IMG/VR virus record: IMGVR_UViG_2933206877_000003
Span: 1 to 64,000 of that record
Strand: one strand, 5' to 3'
DNA length: 64,000 nt
Source: a virus
Taxonomy: Duplodnaviria; Caudoviricetes
Of the stretch, positions 37,025-47,659 are shown in pieces. The notes under the pieces are model-generated. The model did not search any database, had not been told where the DNA came from, and saw nothing but the letters and a program-made list of their open reading frames with translations. Numbering within the stretch: position 1 is the stretch's first letter; every line of letters starts with the position of its first letter. The position numbers and the translations under genes were made by a program.

Positions 37025-37993
37025 TCACTGCCGGCCGTCGGCCGCAGGCTGCTCCTCGAAGGTGCACAGGTTGTGCCCGGCAGGCTTCTGGCACTGGAGA
37101 CCGTATCCGTCGGCCTCGGAGCGCGGGCACTGTTCCGGCGGCCGGTTCGGGTTCATGAAGCACGTGTCGGGGTCGACGCCATCACAGTTGCTGCACGCGT
37201 GCTCGTCTTGCTGCGCTGCGGTGGTGGGCATGAGGAGCGGCCACGGCCCCGGTCCTCGTCCGGTCAGCCGCTGCTCGGGGTGGACCGCCGTGAAGTGGGC
37301 GCGCGCTCCGGAAGGGGTGTGGAGGGTGAGGGGGTAGGGGCAGAGGGGGCAGATCGCCGGGCCGCCCCTAAGGTCAAGAGCGGCCTCGCGCTCCTCGTCC
37401 TGCTGCGCCTCGCCAGCTAGACGACGCAGCAGCGTGGCGTCGGCGTGCATGACGCTGCCGCCGTCCGGCCAGAGCTGATCGGCGGAGCGGGTGAGGTGGT
37501 CGGCCACTCGCAGCAGGAGTGCCGGGTCCACGGCCAGCGGCTCGGCAGTCTGCTGGGCGGGCGCGGGCAGCACGGCGGCGCTGTAGGTGGCGGGCGGCTC
37601 GGTCACGATCTGCACCGGGGTCCCGGCGGCCGTCATCCGGTCGATGTCTGCCTCAGTGAGATCCGTGTCGTCGGGCTCGGGCACGTCTTCCGGGGTGTGC
37701 GCGGAACAGTGATGCTTGCAGCCATAGCAGGGGCAGCGGCACGGGTTCGGGCTGGTTTCGTAGCCGGGGCAGGAAGCGATCGCGTCGTCCCGGTCGGTGG
37801 CGGGCGCCGGGCCGGCAGGAGAGACGGGCGCCACCTCGCTGATGATCTCGGCGACGGTGCGACACACCCGCTCGTGCTGTTCCATGAACGTCGGCGTGCG
37901 CGGGCCGGGAATAGCGACCGCGTCCCACAGGGCGTCGGCGTGCTGCACGGACAGGCCGTGCGTCGGGCTGCCGCTGAGGCTCTCGTTGGTCAT
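37025..37993 (-). CDS. Mosaic Cys-rich phage protein
   Basis: Several CxxC/CxC..H clusters. Confidence 0.6.
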   Translation of the reverse strand: MTNESLSGSPTHGLSVQHADALWDAVAIPGPRTPTFMEQHERVCRTVAEIISEVAPVSPAGPAPATDRDDAIASCPGYETSPNPCRCPCYGCKHHCSAHTPEDVPEPDDTDLTEADIDRMTAAGTPVQIVTEPPATYSAAVLPAPAQQTAEPLAVDPALLLRVADHLTRSADQLWPDGGSVMHADATLLRRLAGEAQQDEEREAALDLRGGPAICPLCPYPLTLHTPSGARAHFTAVHPEQRLTGRGPGPWPLLMPTTAAQQDEHACSNCDGVDPDTCFMNPNRPPEQCPRSEADGYGLQCQKPAGHNLCTFEEQPAADGRQ

Positions 37994-37998
37994 GGTGA

Positions 37999-38781
37999 TC
38001 AGCCCCTCGTGAGGGCTGGCATCGGCGGGATGACAGCAGCGAGCCAGGAGTCCGGCCCTGTGGTGAAGTGTGGCGCGCCGGTCGTCTCCCACCAGGAGCG
38101 CACCGCCGTGGTGCGAACGAGCTGCTCCGTGCGCCTGTCGACGTATTCGACGGGTCGCTCACCGGTGCGACGCACGGTGACGCGACCACGTTTGCAGCCG
38201 TCCGGGTAGTCGTTCCAGTTCACCTTGGCCTCGGACCAGAGCAGCTCCTGCATGCCGTTGGTGTCCACGCCGAACAGCCGCCGGTGGGAGAAGCTCGCCT
38301 GGGCGGCCATGGCGATGGAGTTGCGGACCGCGTCGCGCTGCCGCCACACGAAGTAGTTCGCCACCTCGACGGGGTCGGACAGCGTGAACACGCGGGCGTC
38401 GAACAGGGCTGGGCGGTGCGCGGGCCGGCGACCGTTGAAGGCCGCGGTCGCGGCAGAGGCGGCGATGCTGATCACCTTGGCGACCACTCCCCCGAACCAC
38501 GGCTCCGTCTGCTCGGTGGCGAAGTCGCAGGCGAGGATGCTGATCTCGTCGGACTGGGTGTAGGCGAACACGGCGCCGGAGATCTCCTTGCAGAGCGCCT
38601 CTGCGGTCGCGTCCATGTCCTCCATGAACTGGAGGTCGAACGGCTTGACGGCGCCTCGCAGGTAGGTGTGGAACGCTCGGCCGTCGACCCGGATGACGGT
38701 GTACGTGCGGCGCGGCAAGACGGCCTGGTAGGCGGCCTCGTGCCGCTTCATGCGGTCGCCGAGGGCGGTGCGGTCGGTCAT
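37999..38781 (-). CDS. tRNA(His) guanylyltransferase Thg1-like protein
   Basis: DRMK..E, IRVDGRAFH, KPFD, YTQSDEIS, WFGG...K, FDARV, YF.WRQ.DA.RNS, NWND.P...KRG. Confidence 0.93.
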   Translation of the reverse strand: MTDRTALGDRMKRHEAAYQAVLPRRTYTVIRVDGRAFHTYLRGAVKPFDLQFMEDMDATAEALCKEISGAVFAYTQSDEISILACDFATEQTEPWFGGVVAKVISIAASAATAAFNGRRPAHRPALFDARVFTLSDPVEVANYFVWRQRDAVRNSIAMAAQASFSHRRLFGVDTNGMQELLWSEAKVNWNDYPDGCKRGRVTVRRTGERPVEYVDRRTEQLVRTTAVRSWWETTGAPHFTTGPDSWLAAVIPPMPALTRG

Positions 38782-39095
38782 CGTTGTCCCTTTGACGGCG
38801 GGTTGACGAGCTGGAGTGTGGCTGCGCCCGCACGGACCATCCGGAGCGCCAGGGAGCGCAGGGCGCCGAGCGGGTGGCGTGCGAACCCGGCACAGATAGC
38901 GGGCGCCGGAGTGTCGAGGGTGGCGTGGCAGACGACGTGTCCTTCGGCGGCGATGGCGGCCTGGGTCATCTCCTGGACGCGGCCGGCCGCCAGGTGCGCC
39001 AGGTTGCCGGGCCGGTAGATGCAGGTGTCGCACAGGGTGGCGCACTGGCGCACGGTGCCGGTGTCCGGATCGGCGACGGGCGCGTCCCGGCTCAC
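38778..39095 (-). CDS. Cys-rich hypothetical protein
   Basis: C...CDTCIYRPGN...CH...CAGF. Confidence 0.6.
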   Translation of the reverse strand: MSRDAPVADPDTGTVRQCATLCDTCIYRPGNLAHLAAGRVQEMTQAAIAAEGHVVCHATLDTPAPAICAGFARHPLGALRSLALRMVRAGAATLQLVNPPSKGQR

Positions 39096-39541
39096 CGGTC
39101 GCCGTCCCAGCCGGGCACGACGGTGACGGGGATGCCCTCCTCTTCCCAGAGCCGGATCACGTTGGGGTTGTCATCCCAGGCGGCGACCGGCCGGTACAGC
39201 TGGCGGATGCGGGCGAGGATGCCGCGCTTGACGACGTAGTCGGGCCTGAAGTCGCCCGGGCCGCGCATCCACATCGCCTCCGACGGCACCTGGTGCAAGG
39301 CGAGCCACCATGCGGTGACGTGCCGCCACTTCGCTGCTCGGCCGGTCACGATCAGGACCGCGCGGCCGGCGGCGTGCTCCCGGCGTGCGGCGGCGACGAC
39401 GTGGTCGTGGGGCGGGCAGTCGATGGAGGCGGCGTGGAAGGTGTCGAAGCGGCCCGGACCGTCCAACAGGTGACGGATGCCGCGGACGTCGCACAGGGTG
39501 CCGTCCATGTCGAAGATGACGGCCTCGGGCAGCTCAGGCAC
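39092..39541 (-). CDS. HAD phosphatase resembling the 3'-phosphatase domain of polynucleotide kinase-phosphatase
   Basis: IFDMDGTL, VTGR, MR..GD.RPD.VVK, DDNP.VI.LW...GI. Confidence 0.85.
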   Translation of the reverse strand: MPELPEAVIFDMDGTLCDVRGIRHLLDGPGRFDTFHAASIDCPPHDHVVAAARREHAAGRAVLIVTGRAAKWRHVTAWWLALHQVPSEAMWMRGPGDFRPDYVVKRGILARIRQLYRPVAAWDDNPNVIRLWEEEGIPVTVVPGWDGDR

Positions 39542-40430
39542 GCTTCGCCGCCTCGGTGTACAAGTGGGCGCGCACCCGGCGCAGCCACGCCTCGGCGGCT
39601 GCTTCGTCGGGCTGGTCCGGCAGGACGGACCGGTTCTCGTTGAAGGCGGCCTCGTACTCGGCGAGCAGCGGGCGCGCGGCACTGGAGTCGGCGGCCACCT
39701 GCTCCCCGAAGTCGTGGTACTCCTGCGGGTCCGTGACGCGGATCGTGAGGTGCCCGGTGGTGTACAGCTCCAGGCCCTGGTGGCACAGACGCTTCAAGTG
39801 CCGGGCGTGCTTCGCCGTCCGCTTGCGAGTGTCCGCGGAGAACGAGCCGTCGCCGCGGTTCTCCAGGCGCCGGAACTGCTGGGTGGCGTAGCCGAGGTAG
39901 GCGTCCCGGACCCGCGTCGCGGAGAGGAACGACCGGCGGATGTCGATCAGCTCGTTCCCCAGGGGCGTACGCACCTCGTACAGTTCGGGCGGCAGCCACA
40001 CCAGCTCCATCACGGTCGGGTTGCCTCCGAGGGCGAGCCGGCACCACTTCGCGGCTTCATGCAGGGTGCGGTCCGGGCCCGTGGTGACGTGGGACTCGGT
40101 GGGCCGGTGAAGGCCGTGCAGCTGCTCGGTGGGTACCGCATAGATGCCGAGCCGGTCGACGTCGGAGCCGGGCCGGGCGAGGCCGTACGCGGTCGAACCG
40201 ACGATGCCGGACAGCAGGACCCCCGGAACGGCGAGCCTTGAGGGCACCGGCCGCGCCAGCTTCTCCGTCGCTGCGTCCGACTGATCGGGCGAAGGGTCGA
40301 CCACGTTGTGCAGCTCGGCAAGGCGGGCGTCCCACCATCGGGCCAGCGACGTCCCGAAGGGAGGCGGCCCGGCCTTCACCCACTGTTCGTACAGGGCGGC
40401 GGCGCGGTCGGGCGGCTGGCTGGCGGTCAC
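39534..40430 (-). CDS. Pol-beta superfamily nucleotidyltransferase, RlaP/YcgL-like
   Basis: GS.AYGL....SDVDR.GIY, HE..K...L...GNP...E, YLGYA..Q, KHA.HL.RL. Confidence 0.85.
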   Translation of the reverse strand: MTASQPPDRAAALYEQWVKAGPPPFGTSLARWWDARLAELHNVVDPSPDQSDAATEKLARPVPSRLAVPGVLLSGIVGSTAYGLARPGSDVDRLGIYAVPTEQLHGLHRPTESHVTTGPDRTLHEAAKWCRLALGGNPTVMELVWLPPELYEVRTPLGNELIDIRRSFLSATRVRDAYLGYATQQFRRLENRGDGSFSADTRKRTAKHARHLKRLCHQGLELYTTGHLTIRVTDPQEYHDFGEQVAADSSAARPLLAEYEAAFNENRSVLPDQPDEAAAEAWLRRVRAHLYTEAAKRA

Positions 40431-42967
40431 AGTCGGCCTCCGTTCTGGTGCTGGGTGATGTGGGCGTTGGCGGCCGCCATGCAGGCCTGCCAGCCCGCGC
40501 GGTCGAGGGTGGCCGAGCGGCCGATGAGCAGCGGCACTCCCCCGCTGCCGCAGGGCCGGCAGGCGGCGGTCCAGGCGCGGCCGGCCGGTGCGGTGCTGAA
40601 CCCGACGGGCGGGAAGTCGGCGGCGCTGACACGCAGGGGGGCGTTCACCGCTTCGGCTCCTGGCCTGCGGTCTTCCGCGGCTGCCCGAACTGGGTGGTCA
40701 GCTGGGCGGTGATGTCGGCCTCGGTGCGTCCGCCCATGAGCAGGATCTTCATGGGCTTCAGGCCGAGTTCGGCGAGCTGCACCACGATCGGCTCGTCGGC
40801 CATGAGGCGGGCCATGTTCTCGCCGGACAGCCCGAGGACCACGACGGCCTGTCCACTGGGCTCGCGCAGGATCGCTTTGATCATTCGCCGATCACCTCCG
40901 CGTCGTCGGCGAGCTGGAGGCCGGCGCGCTCACAGAACTCGGTGAGGTCCATGTCGCCGCCGTACTGCTCGCCGGTGTCGAAGATGGCGATGCGCCCCTC
41001 GGGCGGCTGCGTCCACTGCTCGCTGTCCTCGGTGTCGTACGCGTCGACGGTGCCGATGCCGGACCGGTAGCGCAGGTAGAGGTACTGGCCTTCGACGGTC
41101 CAGGCGTTCCACTGCGAAGGGACGGCTGTGCAGGTACGCACGGCCCGGGCCAGGATCAGCGGAGCGTCGGGCCGCAGCGGCAGCAGCGTGCACGCGTGCT
41201 CGATCCCCCCGGCGCACCGTACGCCGCGGCGGGTCGCGACGTGGAGGTGCTTGCCGGCCTTCACGGCCTGGTCGACGATCGCCGCGGTGATGGCGGCCTT
41301 ACCGGTGCGGCGCGGGTGCTCGACGAGGACCTGGCGTCCGGAGCCGAGCCTGAAGACGCGGCCGAAGTCCATCAGGGCGGCAACCGCAGGGTTCCGGGCC
41401 CACGTCTCGGCGCAGTCCCGGCAGGACACCAGGCCGAGGCCGCGCGTGCACACCGGCTGTCCGCCCTCGATGGCGTGGCGGTTGACCGGATGGGCGCAGG
41501 CAGGGCACGGCGTCGGCTCGGGTGCCCGCCCACGCCGCTCTTGGGCCAAGGCGCGTTCGCGGTTCGGGTACGGGCGGTAGTTCACGACTCGCCTCCGACG
41601 GGCCCGTACTTGCGCTGCCAGTCGTCGTCCTTCTGGCCCAGCCCGTACTCATGCAGGGTGCGGTCGCACACGACGGCGGTGAAGGCCTTGTCCAGTTGCT
41701 CGATCGTGTGCGCCATCGTCCGGGCGATGTTGCTCGGGTCGCTGGACCATTCGGTGTGCTGCGCCAGGTAGTCCAGGCCCTTGAGGCGTCGTTGGTGGTG
41801 GTAGAGGAACGCGTCGCACTGCCGGGCCAAGACTCCGACCAGGGTGGCGAAGTGCGCCGCCGGATCGTCTTCGACGTAGGTGCGGCCGGACGCAGGGTGG
41901 GTGAAGCTGTTGTCAGGCACCCGGTGCCTCCCAGATGACGGTGATGGGCGCGCCATGTCCCTGGGCGACTTTCACGACACCCGGATTGATCCACATGACG
42001 GTCTTCATGGGCAGGTCGAGCGCCTTCAGCTTGAAGCCGGCCTTCTCGGCGGCATCGGCCAGGACGTCGTCGGGACCGTAGTCGACCCCGATCGAGCGCA
42101 TGTAGGAGCCGAAGTCCGGTGCCTCTGAGCGCCAGCTGTACTGCGCGATGTGCTGCTCGATCTCCTCGGCCAAGGCTTCACGGAAGGCCTCGATGTCGGC
42201 CTGGCTGCGCTGCCGGCGGACGAGAGCCGAGACCGAGTTGGCCGGAGTGCTCGACTCGGCGGCGCCGCGGCCCAGGTCGTGGCCCGGCGGCTCGGCGAGC
42301 GTCTTCGCCCACCAGTTGGCGGCGGCGACGGCTTCGGGACGTGGGCTCACGCGGTGCGTCCTTTCGTGGGTACGGGCTTGATCGCGTTCAGGAAGCGGAT
42401 GGTGGCGTCTACGACGTTGCCCGTGAGTCGGTCCCTCTGCGGGTCACCGAATGCGAGGTACTGCATGACCGGTTCCGCGGCCTCCGGCATCGACTCGTCG
42501 ATGCGGGCGCTGCTGGCCATGTACCGTCCGCCGTCGGCGTCCACCGCAGTCATGCATCGCTGCTCGACGCGGCCGGGGATCTCCTGGAAGCGGGGCACCG
42601 ATCCTCCGACTGCCTTGCGGCGCAGGGCTTCCTGAACGGCCGGCTCCGTGGACCCTCCGCTGATCGCGTAGGCCTCGTACCGAAAGGCGGCGCCGATCAG
42701 CCGTCCGACGCCTGGCCTGACGAGCGGGTGTGATCCGTCCGGATGGCGGGGCAGCTGGAGCGCGACAGCGGCCAGCGCGGCAACTGTGGTCGGTGGATGC
42801 CCGGGGGTCGCCCAGACCAGCTCCGGGACCGGCAGCTGAGCGAGGCTCGCGCCGCTGGTGGTCTCATGGATGGTGAACAGCGCCGGTTGCTCGTCCCACT
42901 CGCTTCGCGTACGCAGATGGTCGACAAGCTCGGTCTGCACCGCGTTGACTGTTGCCTGACTGATCAC
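40427..42967 (-). CDS. Six coupled hypothetical phage genes (40427-40648, 40645-40884, 40881-41585, 41582-41920, 41913-42350, 42347-42967)
   Basis: Chain of ORFs with 4-8 nt stop/start overlaps; no recognised family. Confidence 0.6.
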
Positions 42968-43488
42968 GACGTCCTTCCTCCCCTGTTGCGCTGGTCCTCG
43001 AAGTGATCAGCGAGCGAGCGGATCGCGGCGCGCGCCACGGCGACGTTCTGCTTCGGGTCGTCCGCCGCACCGCGGACGCCGCGAAGGACGGTGAGGGCCT
43101 GGCGAAGCGGCTCGTCGAGGACGAGTACGAGCGTGTCGCGGTCGCCGTCGCCAGGCGCCGGCGGTGTCTCGTCCGAACCGTCGCTCGTCTCGCCGGTGTC
43201 GCGCGCCGTCTCCTCGGCCGCCTCGGCTTCCTCGCGCTCGGCGGCCGCGATGTCGCGTCGCACCGTGTCCTTGGAGACGCCGAGCCTGTCACCGATCTCC
43301 CGCAGCGACAGACTCTCGCGCGACAGTCTCAGCGCCTCGATGCGCCGTCGCGCGACGTCGAGCGGCTCGGACGGCGGCGGCTTCGGCGGCTCAGCGAGGC
43401 CCGGCCGTAGCGGTATCACCGGTGTCTCATGCGACGTCTCAGCGCCGTCTCGCGACTGGCGCGCGACGCTGCCTTGGGTGGTGTTCAC
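42964..43488 (-). CDS. HTH DNA-binding protein
   Basis: LSLREIGDRLGVSKDTVRRDI. Confidence 0.75.
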   Translation of the reverse strand: MNTTQGSVARQSRDGAETSHETPVIPLRPGLAEPPKPPPSEPLDVARRRIEALRLSRESLSLREIGDRLGVSKDTVRRDIAAAEREEAEAAEETARDTGETSDGSDETPPAPGDGDRDTLVLVLDEPLRQALTVLRGVRGAADDPKQNVAVARAAIRSLADHFEDQRNRGGRTS

Positions 43489-43738
43489 CGCTCCCCCTCG
43501 CTGCCGCGTCCGGTGTACGACGTCTCGGCGCCGTCGCGCGACGGCGTCTCACTCGTGGCCGGCCGGGCCGGCGCCGTCTTGTCGGTGGGACAGAAGTCGC
43601 CGGCGGTGTCGCATCCCCAGCCGTGCCGCATGCGGGCCATCCGGCGGGCATGCGCGGCGTTCCGGGTCCGCTCCACAGTGACCTTGGCGCGGCAGCCCCG
43701 CCGGTCGCAGAACAGGGTGTGCGCGTAGCCGATCGCCA

Positions 43739-44596
43739 TCACGTGCCTGCCTCTCCGGCCGCGATCCGTTGCGCGAGCGGCCACGCCTCGGCGAGCGGGA
43801 ACCGGGTGTCTGTGCGCTCGGGCTCCCGAAGGTCCTGGCGCTCGTGGACGAAGCCGTGCACGCGGTGCCAGCGGCGGCCCTCACGGTCGCAGATGGCCCA
43901 CCGGTCGCCGCTGGCAGTGCTACGGCGCAGCTGGAGAGGCAGCGCCGAGCCGGTGCACGGGATCTCGAAGACGGTCACGTGCGCCAGCAGTCCGGAGAAG
44001 TCGGGAGTGGGCTCGCCCGTGTGCGACTGGGGACCGCCGCTGGTGCCCTTCTCCCGTTCCGCGTCATCGGCCATGGCCTGGACGATGTCCCGGCAGTGGC
44101 GCCATGCGTCGGCGTACGAACCAGCGTTCAGCGTGCCCTTGAGGTGGTCGGGGAGCTGCATCGCGGCGAGCCGCTCGTCGACCTGGTGCAGCGTCGTGGT
44201 GCGGGCCGCATCGCGTTCCACCTGGGCGCCGAGGATGGCGACGAGCGCGTCCTGCAGCGCGGTCTGTCCCTGGCGAGCGCGCGCGGCGTACCGGTCGGCG
44301 GCGCCGGCGAGCGAGAGGGCGCGGGTGCGGCACAGCTTCCACGCCGTGAGGTAGCGCTCGGCGCGGGCCTCGGCGTCGAGCAGGCGGCGCAGGACGGCGG
44401 CCGCGCGCTCGCCCATGTACGCGGCGAGGTTGAGGCAGTACCAGTCCTCGCTCTGGGTGGTGTGGTCGTGCTCGCGACGGCCCTGGACGGACTTGCCGAA
44501 CGATATGAGCAGACTCGCCCGGGCAGGCTGCGTGTCGCCGAGCTGGGCAGCGAGCGTGGCCCGCTGCTCGGCCGATAGTTCGTCCCGGGCGCTCAT
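43739..44596 (-). CDS. Hypothetical phage protein
   Basis: Coupled ORF. Confidence 0.55.
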   Translation of the reverse strand: MSARDELSAEQRATLAAQLGDTQPARASLLISFGKSVQGRREHDHTTQSEDWYCLNLAAYMGERAAAVLRRLLDAEARAERYLTAWKLCRTRALSLAGAADRYAARARQGQTALQDALVAILGAQVERDAARTTTLHQVDERLAAMQLPDHLKGTLNAGSYADAWRHCRDIVQAMADDAEREKGTSGGPQSHTGEPTPDFSGLLAHVTVFEIPCTGSALPLQLRRSTASGDRWAICDREGRRWHRVHGFVHERQDLREPERTDTRFPLAEAWPLAQRIAAGEAGT

Positions 44597-44964
44597 CGGT
44601 GCTCACCGCGCTCGGCGTGGTCGAGGAGGAGCTGGGCGGCCTGCTTGGCGGACATCAGCCCGTTGCGGTCCCTGAGGGCCCGCTGGATCAGGGCCGCCTC
44701 GGCGGTGAGCCCGTGCTCCTCCAGCAGCCTGACGGTGTGCTTGGCGTGCATCCCGCGTTTCTGGACAGCCGCGCGCTGGATGAGACTGACGGCGGGACTG
44801 CGGTCGACTCGGGCCTGAATCCAGGCGGCAGTGCGTGACCGGTGGAAGTCGGTGCGCTCGCGGGTGCCGCCGTGGCTCATGCACGGCTGGCCGACGGCCG
44901 CGCCGCAGCCCTCCGGCGCGGGCGGGCAGGACACGGTGCGGGGTGTGTGCTCCGGCGTCGTCAT
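44593..44964 (-). CDS. Zinc-finger-like hypothetical protein
   Basis: CP.....CGA..G.PC...H..R motif. Confidence 0.6.
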   Translation of the reverse strand: MTTPEHTPRTVSCPPAPEGCGAAVGQPCMSHGGTRERTDFHRSRTAAWIQARVDRSPAVSLIQRAAVQKRGMHAKHTVRLLEEHGLTAEAALIQRALRDRNGLMSAKQAAQLLLDHAERGEHR

Positions 44965-45227
44965 GTGTCGTCGCCTCCCTTGCGGCGCGGCTTGTAGACG
45001 CCGGCCACCTCCTGCCAGGCCTTGTAGTCGTCGAGGGGCATGCCGCCTTCGTCGTGCGAGTTGTCGTTGAGGGCGGTGGCGGCGGCGGTGGCCAGCAGGG
45101 CGTGGCCGATGGCCTCGGTGGCCAGTGCCTGTCCGGTGACCGGGTCTGCGCCGTCGCCGTAGGTGTAGTGGTGGGCGCGCGCGAGCAGCTGCTCGGCCTC
45201 CCGGTAGTGCTCGGGTCCATGGGCCAT
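44961..45227 (-). CDS. Conserved actinophage hypothetical protein
   Basis: GPEHYREAE.LL...HA.LA.AAATAL; start may be a few codons downstream. Confidence 0.6.
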   Translation of the reverse strand: MAHGPEHYREAEQLLARAHHYTYGDGADPVTGQALATEAIGHALLATAAATALNDNSHDEGGMPLDDYKAWQEVAGVYKPRRKGGDDT

Positions 45228-45802
45228 CAGCCCTCGGCTCCCTTCACGGTGTCAGAGCCGAGCTGGGCGGCCCAGTCGGCGAGGATGGTGAAGTCGTGGT
45301 CGGTGAGGCCCTTGCACGGGTCGACCCAGTGCAACAAGGCGGGGCCCGGGTGGTGCTCGGCGACGTAGGCCCGGTCGATGTCGCCGTGCTGGTCGTCGAC
45401 CCAGGCGAACGGCCGGCCGGCCGCGTACTCGACGATGCGGTGCGTCTTGACGTACGTCCCGTCCGCGCGGTGGGCGAACTGGCTGCCGAACTCGATGACC
45501 GGAAAGTTCTGCGCACGCGGGAGACCGATGCGCCAGCCGATCCACTCGTTGGCGTCGTGCTCCCACGTGGTGGCCCAGACCAGCTCGAACGGCAGGCTTA
45601 GGAGTGCCGCGCCGTGGGCCGGGTTGAGCCACACGCGCAGGGGCTTCACCAGGTGCTCGGGTACGCCGTGGTGCTGGGCAACCCAGGTGTCCGGCTTCAT
45701 CCGGTGCGTCCGGTAGCCGGCGGGACGCCGGTGGGGCGGTGCACCGAACGGGTTCAGCGGCCCGTCCACGTCCAGCAGGAGCAGTGGCGCCGCGCTCGTC
45801 AC
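45227..45802 (-). CDS. HAD-domain protein (HAD_SAK/RNA-repair-associated type)
   Basis: LLLDVDGPLNP, LVWATTW..AN, K, RPFAWVDD, VDP..GL. Confidence 0.78.
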   Translation of the reverse strand: MTSAAPLLLLDVDGPLNPFGAPPHRRPAGYRTHRMKPDTWVAQHHGVPEHLVKPLRVWLNPAHGAALLSLPFELVWATTWEHDANEWIGWRIGLPRAQNFPVIEFGSQFAHRADGTYVKTHRIVEYAAGRPFAWVDDQHGDIDRAYVAEHHPGPALLHWVDPCKGLTDHDFTILADWAAQLGSDTVKGAEG

Positions 45803-47564
45803 TGTCCGGTGTCCTCTCGCGGCGTGCACCGGGGCGCGCCCGGGCACGGGCCGAAGCCGTCGTGCTGCGAGCACTGGAACTGCGACGGGTAGGGGCCGCC
45901 GCCCTCGGCCGGGTCGATGTGCGCGGATGCGAATGCCCAGGCCTGGTCCCGCTCCTTCGTGCGGTACTCGGTCATCAGGTCCTCGGCCGCCTCATGCGCG
46001 GCCGCGCCACCGATGGCCTGCTGGTAGAGCAGCACCCTGTCCTCGGCAAGGATCCGGCGCAGGTGCTGGTCAACCTCGGCCGGTGTGGCGTCGAAGCGTC
46101 CCGGGAGGGCGACAGGCTCGGTGGGCGGCCGGGCGGTGGCGGCCCGTGCGATCCAGGACGCGATTACGGCGACCGTGGACCACTCCCAGTGGGACAGCCA
46201 GTCGATGATGACGCCGTCGTACTCCCCCAGGTCGACGCCGGCGGCGGCGAGCGTGTCCCGGAGGAGTGTCGCCTGCTCCTCCCCGTACCGGAAGCCGGCG
46301 GGCGGCTTCTCGACGGGGCCGGCCGGTATCTCTGTGGTGGTCATGATGGTCCTTCCATGTCTCGCGGGTGGGGTGCGCCGTCGCTCTTGCCGGGCCAGTC
46401 GTGCGCCTTCGGGGCGCCGCACCAGCCCTGTTCGCCGCTGCCGAGCGTCGGGAGGGTCTCGGGCTGGCTTCGGTCGGCGGCGGCGCGGCGGCGCCACTTC
46501 GCGGCCGAAGAGTTCTCGGCGGCGCGAAGAGCGCGGATGCGCTTCGGGTTGGCCATGTCAGTCGTCGAAGCCGGGCAGCCCGCGCGTGTTGAGGCCCAGC
46601 GGGCTTGCGGCGGCGTGCGCATGGTCCAGAGCGGCGCCGAGCAGCTTTGCGGCGGCCTCGGCATTGGCCAGGGCGGTGCGCAGGTGCTCGACCGCATGGC
46701 CCGGGGTGCCGCCCCCGTCGACGGTGACGCGGCCCTCTCCGTGCGTGCGCTGCACGGGCCGCATGGACTGCTCGATAGCCTGCGGCAGCATCCGCACCAG
46801 GTAAGCGAGGGATCCAATCGCGTCGTACGCGTGCGGCGGGTACTGCCAGCCGTCGCCGGTGTTGATGGTGTCGTGGTTGAAGGCACGAACCAGGTCACCG
46901 GCCTTGGACATGGTGTGTCCCGGCGTAGTGCTCATGAGGGTGTCTCTCCTGGAATCTCGAGTAGGGATTCGACGGCGCGTACGGCTTCGAGGTCGAGGAC
47001 CTGGCGCAGGAGCGCCGCCTGTTCGTCGGTGAGGCGGGGCCGGGCTGCGGCGCGCACGGGGCGCTTCATCAGCACGGGCACGTCGAGGCGGATGCCGAGC
47101 ACGGCGCCGTCGGGGCCGTAGGCGATCTCGTAGCCGGACGGGGTGATGTACCAGGCTTCGTACGCCTCGGCGGGCTTTCCGGCGCGCGATGCCTGCACGG
47201 CGACCAGGGCGGCCACGGCGGCGGGCAGCGTCGTCCGGTACCGGTCCATCGAGCCGTTCAGCATCGGGCAGACGGCGACGGCGTAGTCCAGGCACTCGGG
47301 GTGCATGCCGGGCTCGTCGACGTAGCCGACGCCGGCGTCCGCCGGGCGCACGACCAGCCCGATGCGGCGGCCGAGCGGCTGGCGGCAGAACTGGCAGGCC
47401 CGGTGCGTGATGCACTGGATTCGGCGGATCGGGAAGTTGATCCCGAAGGACGGGCGGCCGTCGAACCAACCAGTGATCCACGGGACGGCCAGGCCGCCGC
47501 GGCGCGGCAGGGCTGCGGCACGCGCGGGCGGTCGGACCGCTCGTGAGCGGCGGGGCTTCGGCAT
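45799..47564 (-). CDS. Four coupled hypothetical genes (45799-46344, 46341-46556, 46558-46935, 46932-47564)
   Basis: Overlapping ORFs; 46932-47564 has VPWIT...CQFC...EP.MH.EC..YA...CP. Confidence 0.55.
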
Positions 47565-47659
47565 GGTGGGATCTCCAGGTGGGGCCCCGGCGGCGGGAAG
47601 CGCGCGCCAGCGCGCCGAAGCGCGGGTCGCGTGTCCGGCCGCCCGGGCGGTCTAGCCGG

